A stretch of DNA of 32,000 bases from Propionibacterium ruminifibrarum (GTDB lineage: Bacteria > Actinomycetota > Actinomycetes > Propionibacteriales > Propionibacteriaceae), in contig NZ_OMOH01000001.1 of the NCBI RefSeq assembly GCF_900289195.1, positions 414,768 to 446,767 of the forward strand, read 5' to 3'. Under the pieces are notes generated by a model that was not told the DNA's origin, did no database searches, and was given only the letters and a program-made list of their open reading frames with translations. Shown here piece by piece: positions 8,146 to 16,090 of the stretch. Made by a program: the position numbers and the translations under genes. Every line of letters begins with the position of its first letter. Position 1 is the stretch's first letter.

Positions 8146-8934
8146 ATGACTGCACCGGCACTGATCCTGTTGGCCGATGGTGCTGAGGAGATCCGGCTGC
8201 TGCGCAAGCGGATGCAGATGCAGCGCCCCGAGTTGCCCGTTCACCTCGCGTTCCTCGATCAGTGCCCACCGAGCGCCCCGCAGGTCGTCGGCGCCCTCGC
8301 CTCCCGCGGGATTCGCGAGGCGGTGTTCATCCCCATGTCCCTGACCCACGCCGTGGACGTGGGACAGTCGGCCAGTGACATGTTCCAGCGCGTCCGTGCG
8401 GCGCACCCCGACATGAATCTCGCCATGGCCCGTCCGATCGGCCCGGCCGCCGAACTCCTCAGCATCCTCGACCTGCGGCTGCGCAACGCCCTGTCGAGCT
8501 GCCACGCCCTCGAACTCGATGGTCTCGTCCTGGCAACCCCGGACAGCGGCGACGTCCGCGGGCAGAGCCTCATCGCCCGGCGCGCCCGGCAGTGGAGCTC
8601 ACATCACCGGCTGCCGGTCGCCATGGCCAGTGTCGACGGTTCTGGTTCGTCCATCGTCTCGGCAATCAACCTGCTGCGTGAGCAGGGTCGCAGGGCCATC
8701 GCGGTGGGGTCCCTGTTCCTCACCGCATCGGAGAGTTTCATGGCGGCCGTCGAACAGGCCCTGTCGGCGGGCGCCCTCACCATCAGTTCTCCGCTCGGCG
8801 CCGACGAACGCATCGTCGAACTCGTCATGAGCAGGTATTCGTTCGCCGCCATGGACATGCTCGACGCCGTGCCGGCCGATGAGCACCTGGGCGATGACGT
8901 CATCACCAGTTCCCTCGAGTTGATCGCTCTCTGA
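8146..8934 (+). CDS. CbiX/SirB-like (sirohydrochlorin chelatase family) two-domain protein with a degenerate N-terminal motif
   Basis: 262-aa ORF with two tandem CbiX-like halves (ALILLADGAEE...AVFIPMSLTHAVDV and LDGLVLATPDSGD...AIAVGSLFLTASESF). The family assignment comes from pattern recall, not a search. Confidence 0.6.
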   Translation: MTAPALILLADGAEEIRLLRKRMQMQRPELPVHLAFLDQCPPSAPQVVGALASRGIREAVFIPMSLTHAVDVGQSASDMFQRVRAAHPDMNLAMARPIGPAAELLSILDLRLRNALSSCHALELDGLVLATPDSGDVRGQSLIARRARQWSSHHRLPVAMASVDGSGSSIVSAINLLREQGRRAIAVGSLFLTASESFMAAVEQALSAGALTISSPLGADERIVELVMSRYSFAAMDMLDAVPADEHLGDDVITSSLELIAL

Positions 8935-9010
8935 CCATCTCGGCCCCGTCGGTCGATCGGGGCCTGGATTCGGCGAGCTAGTCTCTCGGCAACGTTTTCA
9001 GGAGGCAGTC

Positions 9011-9427
9011 ATGGGTGAGTATCCCATTGAGAAGACCGATGAGCAGTGGCGCGCGGAACTGAGCCCGCAGGAATTCCAGGTACTGCGCCGTGCCGGGACC
9101 GAGGCCCCGTTCACGGGCGAGTACGACAACACCTTCACTGAGGGCGTGTACAGCTGCCGCGCCTGCGGCGCCGAACTCTTCCGTTCCGAGACGAAGTTCG
9201 CCTCACACTGCGGCTGGCCCAGCTTCTACTCCCCGCTGGCAGCCGACCGCGTACGGTATCTGAGCGACACCTCGATCCCGGGCAGGCCGCGCACCGAGGT
9301 GCGGTGCGCCGCCTGCGGCTCGCACCTCGGCCACGTCTTCGAGGGCGAGGGCTACGACACCCCCACCGATCAGCGTTACTGCATCAACTCGATCAGTCTG
9401 AGCTTCGCCCCGGCCGCCGAGGCCTGA
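9011..9427 (+). CDS. msrB: Peptide-methionine (R)-S-oxide reductase
   Basis: AGGAGG SD upstream. The sequence has two CxxC zinc motifs (CRACGAELF, CAACGSHLGHVF), GWPSF, and the catalytic RYCINS motif. Confidence 0.92.
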   Translation: MGEYPIEKTDEQWRAELSPQEFQVLRRAGTEAPFTGEYDNTFTEGVYSCRACGAELFRSETKFASHCGWPSFYSPLAADRVRYLSDTSIPGRPRTEVRCAACGSHLGHVFEGEGYDTPTDQRYCINSISLSFAPAAEA

Positions 9428-9515
9428 TCGTGACGCGCCCAGGCACCGGGCCATCTGCCCCCTCGCCGCGGCGTGGCGTCCGGGACTGGGGGTGAGCAGA
9501 TCGTAGTGTCAGGGC

Positions 9516-10121
9516 ATGCCCACGCCCACGGACCTACGTGACCGCTTCGGCGCCGATGCCTTCAACCGTGTCGTGGCCGAGCTCAAGGCATTCGGCTGGA
9601 GACCCGACATCAGTGTTGAGGAGATCGGCGCCCCCCAGCGCATCGCACCATACGGTTTTGCACTGGAGGCGGAACTGGGCGCCTCGGACGAGGAACGCGG
9701 GTCGGGGCGGCTCATCCTGCTGCACGACCCCGCCGGCAACGACACCTGGGACGGACAGTGGCGGCTCGTCACCCTGGTCCGAGCAGGAACAGACACCGAC
9801 ATCGTCACGGACCCCCTGATCAGCGAGGTGGCCTGGAGCTGGCTCATCGAGGCGCTCGGCGAGTGCGACGCGGCCTTCACCGCCCCCGCCGGCACGGTGA
9901 CCACCGTGACCAGCCGGTCATTCGGTTCGATGAGCACCGAGGCCGATCGCGACGAGATCGAGATCCGGGCGAGCTGGACCCCCCTCATCGCCGACCCGTC
10001 CGACATCATCGGGCACCTCGGCGCATGGCAGCAGCTCATGTGTCAGGCGGCCGGCATGCCGCCCCTGCCCGACAAGGTCACTCCCATCCGCGCCAACCTC
10101 TCTGTGACAGGAACACGATGA
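9516..10121 (+). CDS. DUF3000-like conserved actinobacterial protein
   Basis: 201-aa ORF whose stop overlaps the RNase D-like start (ATGA at 10118-10121). A conserved protein directly upstream of the HRDC exonuclease is the usual actinobacterial arrangement. The family name is from memory. Confidence 0.7.
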   Translation: MPTPTDLRDRFGADAFNRVVAELKAFGWRPDISVEEIGAPQRIAPYGFALEAELGASDEERGSGRLILLHDPAGNDTWDGQWRLVTLVRAGTDTDIVTDPLISEVAWSWLIEALGECDAAFTAPAGTVTTVTSRSFGSMSTEADRDEIEIRASWTPLIADPSDIIGHLGAWQQLMCQAAGMPPLPDKVTPIRANLSVTGTR

Positions 10122-11431
10122 AGGCCACGGACCTCACACATGACTCCGAGACAGGCCGCAACGGTCAGATCGACCCGGACTCCGGCCTGCCCATTCTGGC
10201 GATCCCCCGCGAGGGCATGCCGCCTCTGGTCGACACGGCGGAGAAACTGGCCGAATGCGTCCACGCGCTCGGGTCGGGCACCGGCCCCGTCGCCATCGAC
10301 ACGGAGCGCGCCCAGAGCTTCCGGTACAGCGGGCGCGCCTACCTGCTGCAGCTGCGCAGGCCAGGAAGCGGCACCTGGCTCATCGACCCGCAGGCCTTCG
10401 AGCCCGGGGATGGTTCGGTGGCCGACCTCAGCGCGTTGCGTGAGGCGATCGTCGACTGCGAGTGGGTCATCCACGCGGCCACGTCCGACCTGCCCTGCCT
10501 GACCGAGCTCGGGCTGCTGCCCGAGAAACTGTTCGACACCGAGGTGGCCGGACGCCTGCTCGGCCTGCCCCGCGTCGGGCTGGGCACGATGGCCGAGACC
10601 TTCTTCGGCGTCCATCTCCTCAAGGAGCACTCGGTCGCCGACTGGTCCAGGCGGCCACTGCCCACCGACTGGGTCGCCTACGCGGCGCTCGACGTCGAAC
10701 TGCTCGTCGAACTGCGGGACCTGCTGTGGCGGCGGCTGCACGCCGAAGGCAAGTGGTCCTGGGCCCAGCAGGAGTTCCAGCACCTGATCGACACCCACCG
10801 CGAACCCCACCCCCCCGTCGCCGAGCCCTGGCGGCACGTCAACGGGGTGCACTCCGTGCGCACCCGCCGCGGGTTGGCGCTGGTGCGCGAGATCTGGGGT
10901 GAACGTGACCGGCTGGCCCGCGACTTGGACCGGGCGCCGAGCAAGATCCTGCCGGACAAGGCGATCAGCGAGCTGGCCGGCCAGGTCACCAAGGACTCCC
11001 CCGGCGTGCCGGGGATGGCCGAGATGGAGGCGATCGCGGGGTTCAAGCGGCGCAACGCCCGCCGCTATCGCGGGCGGTGGCTCGCCGCCGCGGGGCGTGT
11101 CGCGGCGATGCCCGAGTCGCAGCTGCCGCGTCTGCGCGTGCCGTTGGAGGGGCCCTCCCATCAGCCGCGCAACTGGCAGCGCAGCAACCCGGACGCCTGG
11201 CGCCGCTGGCAGCGCGTACGGCCCGCGATGAACCGCCTGGCCAAGGCCCTCGACATGCCGCCCGAGAACCTCATCGCGCCCGAGGCGCTGCGCCGGCTCG
11301 CCTGGGAACCGCTGGAGGCCGTCGACCGCGGTCACGTCGCCCGGCGCCTGTCGGCCCATGGCGCACGCGAGTGGCAGTGTCGCCTGGCGGCTCCGGTGAT
11401 CGTCGCGGCGCTGGAGTCCGCACCCGGCTGA
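10118..11431 (+). CDS. rnd: RNase D-like 3'-5' exonuclease with HRDC domain
   Basis: In-frame ATG at 10118 within ORF 9758..11431. The sequence has a DEDD exonuclease motif (VAIDTERAQSF...HAATSDLPCL...YAALDVELL) and an HRDC-like C-terminal half. Confidence 0.82.
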   Translation: MKATDLTHDSETGRNGQIDPDSGLPILAIPREGMPPLVDTAEKLAECVHALGSGTGPVAIDTERAQSFRYSGRAYLLQLRRPGSGTWLIDPQAFEPGDGSVADLSALREAIVDCEWVIHAATSDLPCLTELGLLPEKLFDTEVAGRLLGLPRVGLGTMAETFFGVHLLKEHSVADWSRRPLPTDWVAYAALDVELLVELRDLLWRRLHAEGKWSWAQQEFQHLIDTHREPHPPVAEPWRHVNGVHSVRTRRGLALVREIWGERDRLARDLDRAPSKILPDKAISELAGQVTKDSPGVPGMAEMEAIAGFKRRNARRYRGRWLAAAGRVAAMPESQLPRLRVPLEGPSHQPRNWQRSNPDAWRRWQRVRPAMNRLAKALDMPPENLIAPEALRRLAWEPLEAVDRGHVARRLSAHGAREWQCRLAAPVIVAALESAPG

Positions 11432-11449
11432 GGCGGGGCAGCCGCTCAG
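11428..11449. terminator. Short hairpin spanning both stop codons of convergent rnd and dxs
   Basis: ctgaggcgg-ggcag-ccgctcag forms 8 bp with one bulged G. The intergenic gap is only 14 nt. Confidence 0.25.
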
Positions 11450-13362
11450 CGGACCTGGAGGGTTCGTTCGGGCTCGGGCAGTTCGTGCCCCAGACCGGTC
11501 CAGGCGGCGACGATGGAATCGGTGATCCGGTCGGCGGTGAGCCCGACGTCGGCCAGCACCTCGGCCCGCGTACCGACCGGCAGGTACTGCTGGGGGATTC
11601 CGAACTGGCGCACCGGGACGTCGATTCCCGCGGTGTTCATGGCGAGTTGGAGCTGGGAACCGATACCGCCGACGACCTGGTTGTCCTCGATCGTCACGAC
11701 CAGCGAGTACGCCGCGGCCAGCCGCAGCAGCGGATCGGTCACCGGCAGTGCCCACAGGGGGTCGGCGACGGTCGCGGACAGACCCCGCTCGCCCAGCATC
11801 CCGGCGATGGTGAGCGCCGTGCCGGCCGGCTGCCCGTACCCGATGACGAGCACGTCGGGTCGTTCCCCCACCGCCAGCAGGTCGATGCCGTGGCTGCGCG
11901 TCACGGCCTCGATCGGGTCGGGCAGCTTGTCCTTGGAGTAGCGGATGAGGCTGGGGGCGTCATCGATGTCGAGGGCACGGCGCAGGGCCTCGCGCAGACG
12001 AACCGCGTCACGGGGGGAGGCGAGGTGGATGCCCGGCACGAGACCGGCGATGGAGCAGTCCCAGACGCCATCGTGGCTGGGGCCGTCGGGGCCGGTCACG
12101 CCGGCACGGTCGAGAACGACGGTGACACCCAGATGGTGCATGCCCACATCGAGCAGCAGCTGGTCGAAGGCCCTGTTGAGGAAGGACGAGTAGACCGCGA
12201 CGACCGGGTGCAGCCCGCCGCGGGCCAGGCCGGCGGCAAGGCCCATCGCGTGCTGTTCGGCGATCCCGACGTCGAAGACGCGGTCGGGATGGGCGGCGGC
12301 GAACCGTCCCAGCCCCACCGGGTGGAGCATGGCGGCGGTGATCGCCACGAGGTCGTCGCGTTCGGCGCCCAACTCGGCGAGCTCCGCCCCGAAGGCATCG
12401 GTCCAGGTGGCCTGGACCGGTGGCGTGAGGGGTTCACCGGTGGACGCGTCGATCCTGCCGACCGCGTGGAAGAGATCCTGCTCGTGGTTCTCGGCCGGCG
12501 CGAATCCCTTCCCCTTCTGGGTGATGGCGTGAACGATGACCGGGCCCCCGAAGCCCTTGGCCTGACGCATGGCGATGACCAGCGCCTGCAGATCATGGCC
12601 GTCGATGGGGCCGATGTACTTCAGGCCGAGATCGCTGAACAGGCCCTGCGGGGCGAGCACGTCCTTCAAGCCGATCTTGAGGCCGTGCAGGAGGTCGTAG
12701 GCGGGTCTGCCGACGAGCGGGGCGCGTGAGACGTTCGCCTTGAGATTCTCCATGGCCTTCTCGTAGCGCGGGTCGGTGCGCAGGCCCGACAAGTGCTTGG
12801 ACAGACCGCCAACCGTCGGCGAGTAGGACCGGCCGTTGTCGTTGACGACGATGACCATGGGCAGCCCGGGTTCGGCGGCGATGTTGTTGAGGGCCTCCCA
12901 GGCCATCCCCCCCGTGAGGGCGCCGTCACCGACGACGGTGACGACCGTCCGGTCATCCCGGCCGGTCAGCGAGAAGGCCCGCGCCATGCCCTCCGCCCAG
13001 CTCAGGGCGGCCGAGGCGTGCGAGTTCTCGACCCAGTCGTGCTCGGACTCGTCCCTGCTCGGGTAGCCGGACAGCCCGCCCCTCTGACGCAGCGTGCCGA
13101 ACTCGCCGGCACGATCGGTGAGGATCTTGTGGACGTAGCTCTGGTGGCCGACGTCGAAGAGGACCGGGTCCTGCGGCGAGTCGAAGACCAGGTGGATCGC
13201 CATGGTCAGCTCGACGACGCCGAGGTTCGGGCCGAGGTGCCCGCCGGTTCGGGCGACGTTCGAGATGAGAAACTGACGGATCTCCCCGGCGAGCGTCCGG
13301 AGTTCCCCGTCGCTGAGAGTGCGCAGGTCCGAGGGCTTGTGAATACGGTCCAGCAGCGCCAT
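11446..13362 (-). CDS. dxs: 1-deoxy-D-xylulose-5-phosphate synthase
   Basis: The protein starts MALLDRIHKPSDLRTLSDGELRTLAGEIRQFLI...GGHLGPNLGVVELT...DVGHQSYVHKILT and has a TPP-binding GDGALTGGMAWEALNN motif. ATG 13362 lies within track ORF 11446..13527. Confidence 0.93.
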   Translation of the reverse strand: MALLDRIHKPSDLRTLSDGELRTLAGEIRQFLISNVARTGGHLGPNLGVVELTMAIHLVFDSPQDPVLFDVGHQSYVHKILTDRAGEFGTLRQRGGLSGYPSRDESEHDWVENSHASAALSWAEGMARAFSLTGRDDRTVVTVVGDGALTGGMAWEALNNIAAEPGLPMVIVVNDNGRSYSPTVGGLSKHLSGLRTDPRYEKAMENLKANVSRAPLVGRPAYDLLHGLKIGLKDVLAPQGLFSDLGLKYIGPIDGHDLQALVIAMRQAKGFGGPVIVHAITQKGKGFAPAENHEQDLFHAVGRIDASTGEPLTPPVQATWTDAFGAELAELGAERDDLVAITAAMLHPVGLGRFAAAHPDRVFDVGIAEQHAMGLAAGLARGGLHPVVAVYSSFLNRAFDQLLLDVGMHHLGVTVVLDRAGVTGPDGPSHDGVWDCSIAGLVPGIHLASPRDAVRLREALRRALDIDDAPSLIRYSKDKLPDPIEAVTRSHGIDLLAVGERPDVLVIGYGQPAGTALTIAGMLGERGLSATVADPLWALPVTDPLLRLAAAYSLVVTIEDNQVVGGIGSQLQLAMNTAGIDVPVRQFGIPQQYLPVGTRAEVLADVGLTADRITDSIVAAWTGLGHELPEPERTLQVR

Positions 13363-13550
13363 GTGCGTCAGTCTAGGACGGGACCGCGGAGCAGGCCGAG
13401 ATGCCCTGCTGGCGGCGCGCTGAACCACGCCACCAGCATTTTCCACGGGTCGATCCACACTTTTGCCGCGGTCGCCGTTATGGTTGGGTATGGCGTCACG
13501 CGGGAGGGCCCGCCGAGTCGCCTCCACGAGGAAACAAGGCAGTCGCTCAA

Positions 13551-14678
13551 ATGACCGGACATCATGTGCCAGCGCCCGGCGGCGGTCAGCCAGTCGGTGG
13601 CGTCGCCCTGCCCGTCACCGAGCTCTTGGCGTCCCTGACGGACGTCGTCGCCCAGGTTCACGCCACCCTCGGCCCCGACCAGAGCGGCCTGTGCGTGCAC
13701 CGCAACCTGACTGCGGCACGCTGCCAGACCGTCCAGATGCAGACCCGGCCGCGTCCCGTGGGAGAGCTGAAGCCGATGACCTGCCTGCTCGACCCGGGCA
13801 GCACGTGCATCCTGGCCGGACCGCGCCTGAAGTGCCCGCGGGCGATGGACGAGAAGGACGTCGTCCGGGTGGGCTTCGGCAAGGACGACGAGTTCGGGTG
13901 GTTGTGGCACGCGCACCTGGGCGGCACCGATCCCGCCCGCCGGCAGGCCGAGGAACTCGTCCTGGTGGCGATGGCCGGCATGGCCGAACGGTTGATCTCC
14001 AGGGCGATCCAGGCCGACGACTCCGAGGCGCGCATGATCGCCGGCGAACGCGAACGGATCTCGAGGGAGCTGCACGACGGCGTCGCCCAAGTGCTCGGCT
14101 CGGCTCATCTGCGCCTGTCGGCCCTGGCGGGGCAGGAGGAGCTCGGGGACGAGACGGTCAGCGAACTCACCCAGATCAGCCAGGACTGCGCAATGGCCTA
14201 CGCCGACGTCCGTGAGGCCATCTGGGACCTGCACATGCCCGAGGAGATGACCGGTTCGCTGGCCTCCGGCATCCGGTCCACGACCGGCGCCTTCGAGCGG
14301 CGCACCGGCATCACCTGCCGCGTCGAACTGGCCGATCCGGGCATCAGCCTGCCCGCCGGCACGCGCCTGCAGCTGCTGCGCGTCGTGCAGGAGGCACTGA
14401 CCAATGTGCGCAAGCACGCGCACGCGAGCACCGTCGACGTGACGATGCGCACCAACCCGAACAGCATCACCATCAACATCAGCGACGACGGGATCGGGTT
14501 CGAGGACCCCGAACCGGCCCCCGGCCACTTCGGCCTGCTGTCGATGCGCGAGCGCATCGAGGGCATTGGCGGGCGCCTGAGCATCATGAGCATCCCCGGG
14601 GCGGGCACCTGCGTCAGCGCGGTCGTGCCGCTCGCTCTGTCCGACGAGAGCCCTCGCGAGGAAAGGACCCGTGTATGA
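13551..14678 (+). CDS. Cytoplasmic sensor histidine kinase (HisKA_3/NarX-LiaS class) with an N-terminal Cys-rich GAF-like input domain
   Basis: H-box ERERISRELHDGVAQ. HATPase_c motifs QEALTNVRKHA, DDGIGF and GHFGLLSMRERI. No TM segments are visible. Five Cys lie in the ~160-aa N-terminal domain. The stop overlaps the regulator start (ATGA). The ATG 13551 start is my choice within ORF 13401..14678. Confidence 0.82.
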   Translation: MTGHHVPAPGGGQPVGGVALPVTELLASLTDVVAQVHATLGPDQSGLCVHRNLTAARCQTVQMQTRPRPVGELKPMTCLLDPGSTCILAGPRLKCPRAMDEKDVVRVGFGKDDEFGWLWHAHLGGTDPARRQAEELVLVAMAGMAERLISRAIQADDSEARMIAGERERISRELHDGVAQVLGSAHLRLSALAGQEELGDETVSELTQISQDCAMAYADVREAIWDLHMPEEMTGSLASGIRSTTGAFERRTGITCRVELADPGISLPAGTRLQLLRVVQEALTNVRKHAHASTVDVTMRTNPNSITINISDDGIGFEDPEPAPGHFGLLSMRERIEGIGGRLSIMSIPGAGTCVSAVVPLALSDESPREERTRV

Positions 14679-15370
14679 ACACGACGCCGACGGAACCGAA
14701 GCACGAACCGATCCGCGTCGTCATCGCCGACGACCAGACACTCTTCCGCCGAGCCGTCAGTGCGCTCATCGGCCGGGAGGACGACATGACCGTCATCGGC
14801 GAGGCCTCCAACGGACTGGAAGTGCTCGAGACCGTCGGCTCGACCGAACCTGACGTGGTGATCCTCGACCTCGAGATGCCGGTGATGAACGGGGCCCGGG
14901 CCGCCAAACTCCTGCGCGAACGGCACCCGGACCTGAAGATCGTCATGCTCACCGTCCATGACGAGAACGAGCTGCTGACCGAGGCCGTGCGCGCCGGGGC
15001 CGACGGCTACCTGCTCAAGGACCTCGAGCCGGCCGAGCTGCTGCAGATGATCCGCGGCGTCATGGCCGACCAGTCCCCCCTGTCACCGAAACTGGTCAGC
15101 GGCCTGCTCAACCAGCTGCGCGTCGGCCTGGACGTGCAGAAGGTCATCGTGCCGGAACCGGACACCGCGCACGGGCTGAGCCGACGCGAGCTCGAGATCA
15201 TGACGCTCGTGTCCAAGGGCATGTCGAACCGTGAGATCGCCACGCACCTGACCATCACGGAGGGCACGGTCAAGAACCACGTGCACAACGCGCTGCGCAA
15301 GCTCGGCATGAGCAACCGCAGCCAGGCCGCCGCGTACATCATCCGCAACGGGCTGAACATCCGGGTCTGA
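14675..15370 (+). CDS. NarL/LuxR-family response regulator
   Basis: REC domain (IRVVIADDQ...VVILDLEMPVMNG...) followed by a LuxR-type HTH (LSRRELEIMTLVSKGMSNREIATHLTITEGTVKNHVHNALRKLG). Confidence 0.92.
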   Translation: MNTTPTEPKHEPIRVVIADDQTLFRRAVSALIGREDDMTVIGEASNGLEVLETVGSTEPDVVILDLEMPVMNGARAAKLLRERHPDLKIVMLTVHDENELLTEAVRAGADGYLLKDLEPAELLQMIRGVMADQSPLSPKLVSGLLNQLRVGLDVQKVIVPEPDTAHGLSRRELEIMTLVSKGMSNREIATHLTITEGTVKNHVHNALRKLGMSNRSQAAAYIIRNGLNIRV

Positions 15371-15410
15371 GCGCCCGTCAGCACCTCCCCGAGCCCTCTC
15401 ACCAGCCCCT

Positions 15411-15500
15411 TTGTGTCTTTTCTGTGCCCAGTTTGTGCCCTTTTCCCCATGGACGCGACAACCCGTCCCCATCATGATTGAGTCAAGAAATTTCAACACT
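15411..15500 (+). promoter_or_regulatory. Candidate nrfH control region: three 11-bp-phased TGTG repeats plus an AT-rich palindromic patch
   Basis: ttgtgtc (15411), ctgtgcc (15422) and ttgtgcc (15433) recur at exactly 11-bp spacing. TTGAGTCAA (15478-15486) sits inside the AT-rich stretch atcatgattgagtcaagaaatttcaaca. Confidence 0.3.
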
Positions 15501-15511
15501 CGTGGGGGTGG

Positions 15512-16012
15512 GTGACCATGACGAGCGGGCGCCGAGCATCCGGCGTACTGGCTGCTGCGCGTCGATGGTTGCCGGGAATCGCTGGACTACTCATCGGCGC
15601 CCTGGTGGGGCTGGCGGCGTTCACGTTCATCTACGCCAACGGTTTGTCCTACCTGGGTCATGACCCCAAGGCCTGTGCCAGCTGCCATGTGATGCAGGAC
15701 TACTACGACGCCTACACCGCCGGGGCGCACCACCACGTCGCCGGGTGCAACGACTGCCACACGCCCCACGACCTCGTCGGCAAGTACGCCGTCAAGGCCG
15801 AGAACGGCCTGCACCACTCGATCGCGTTCACCTCCGGAAACTACCCGCAGAACATCCAGGCGCGAGACGTCTCCTTGCAGATCATCAACAACAACTGCAT
15901 CTACTGCCATGGCGGGTTCACCCACGACGTGCTGGCCAGCCAGCGAGACGGCGACCAGATCATGTGCATCCGATGCCACCAGGGGGTGGGCCATGACGTG
16001 CGGGGCAAGTGA
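15512..16012 (+). CDS. nrfH: Tetraheme NapC/NirT-family quinol dehydrogenase, cytochrome c nitrite reductase small subunit
   Basis: N-terminal TM helix followed by four CXXCH motifs (CASCH, CNDCH, CIYCH, CIRCH). It lies directly upstream of nrfA. The start is GTG 15512 or ATG 15518, with a GGGGTGGG SD-like sequence upstream. Confidence 0.88.
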   Translation: MTMTSGRRASGVLAAARRWLPGIAGLLIGALVGLAAFTFIYANGLSYLGHDPKACASCHVMQDYYDAYTAGAHHHVAGCNDCHTPHDLVGKYAVKAENGLHHSIAFTSGNYPQNIQARDVSLQIINNNCIYCHGGFTHDVLASQRDGDQIMCIRCHQGVGHDVRGK

Positions 16013-16090
16013 CCCCAGCGCCCCGGCCCTGCGGCCCGGGCAACCAGAACAGTCAGCACACCGATCACAGGCACAGGAGGTGAGAAGAGG

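Noticed and set aside
15478-15486. Calling TTGAGTCAA an FNR/CRP-family site (TTGAT-N4-ATCAA or TGTGA-N6-TCACA).
   Set aside because: The half-site spacing does not fit either consensus. It is reported only as an unexplained palindrome within the nrfH upstream region.
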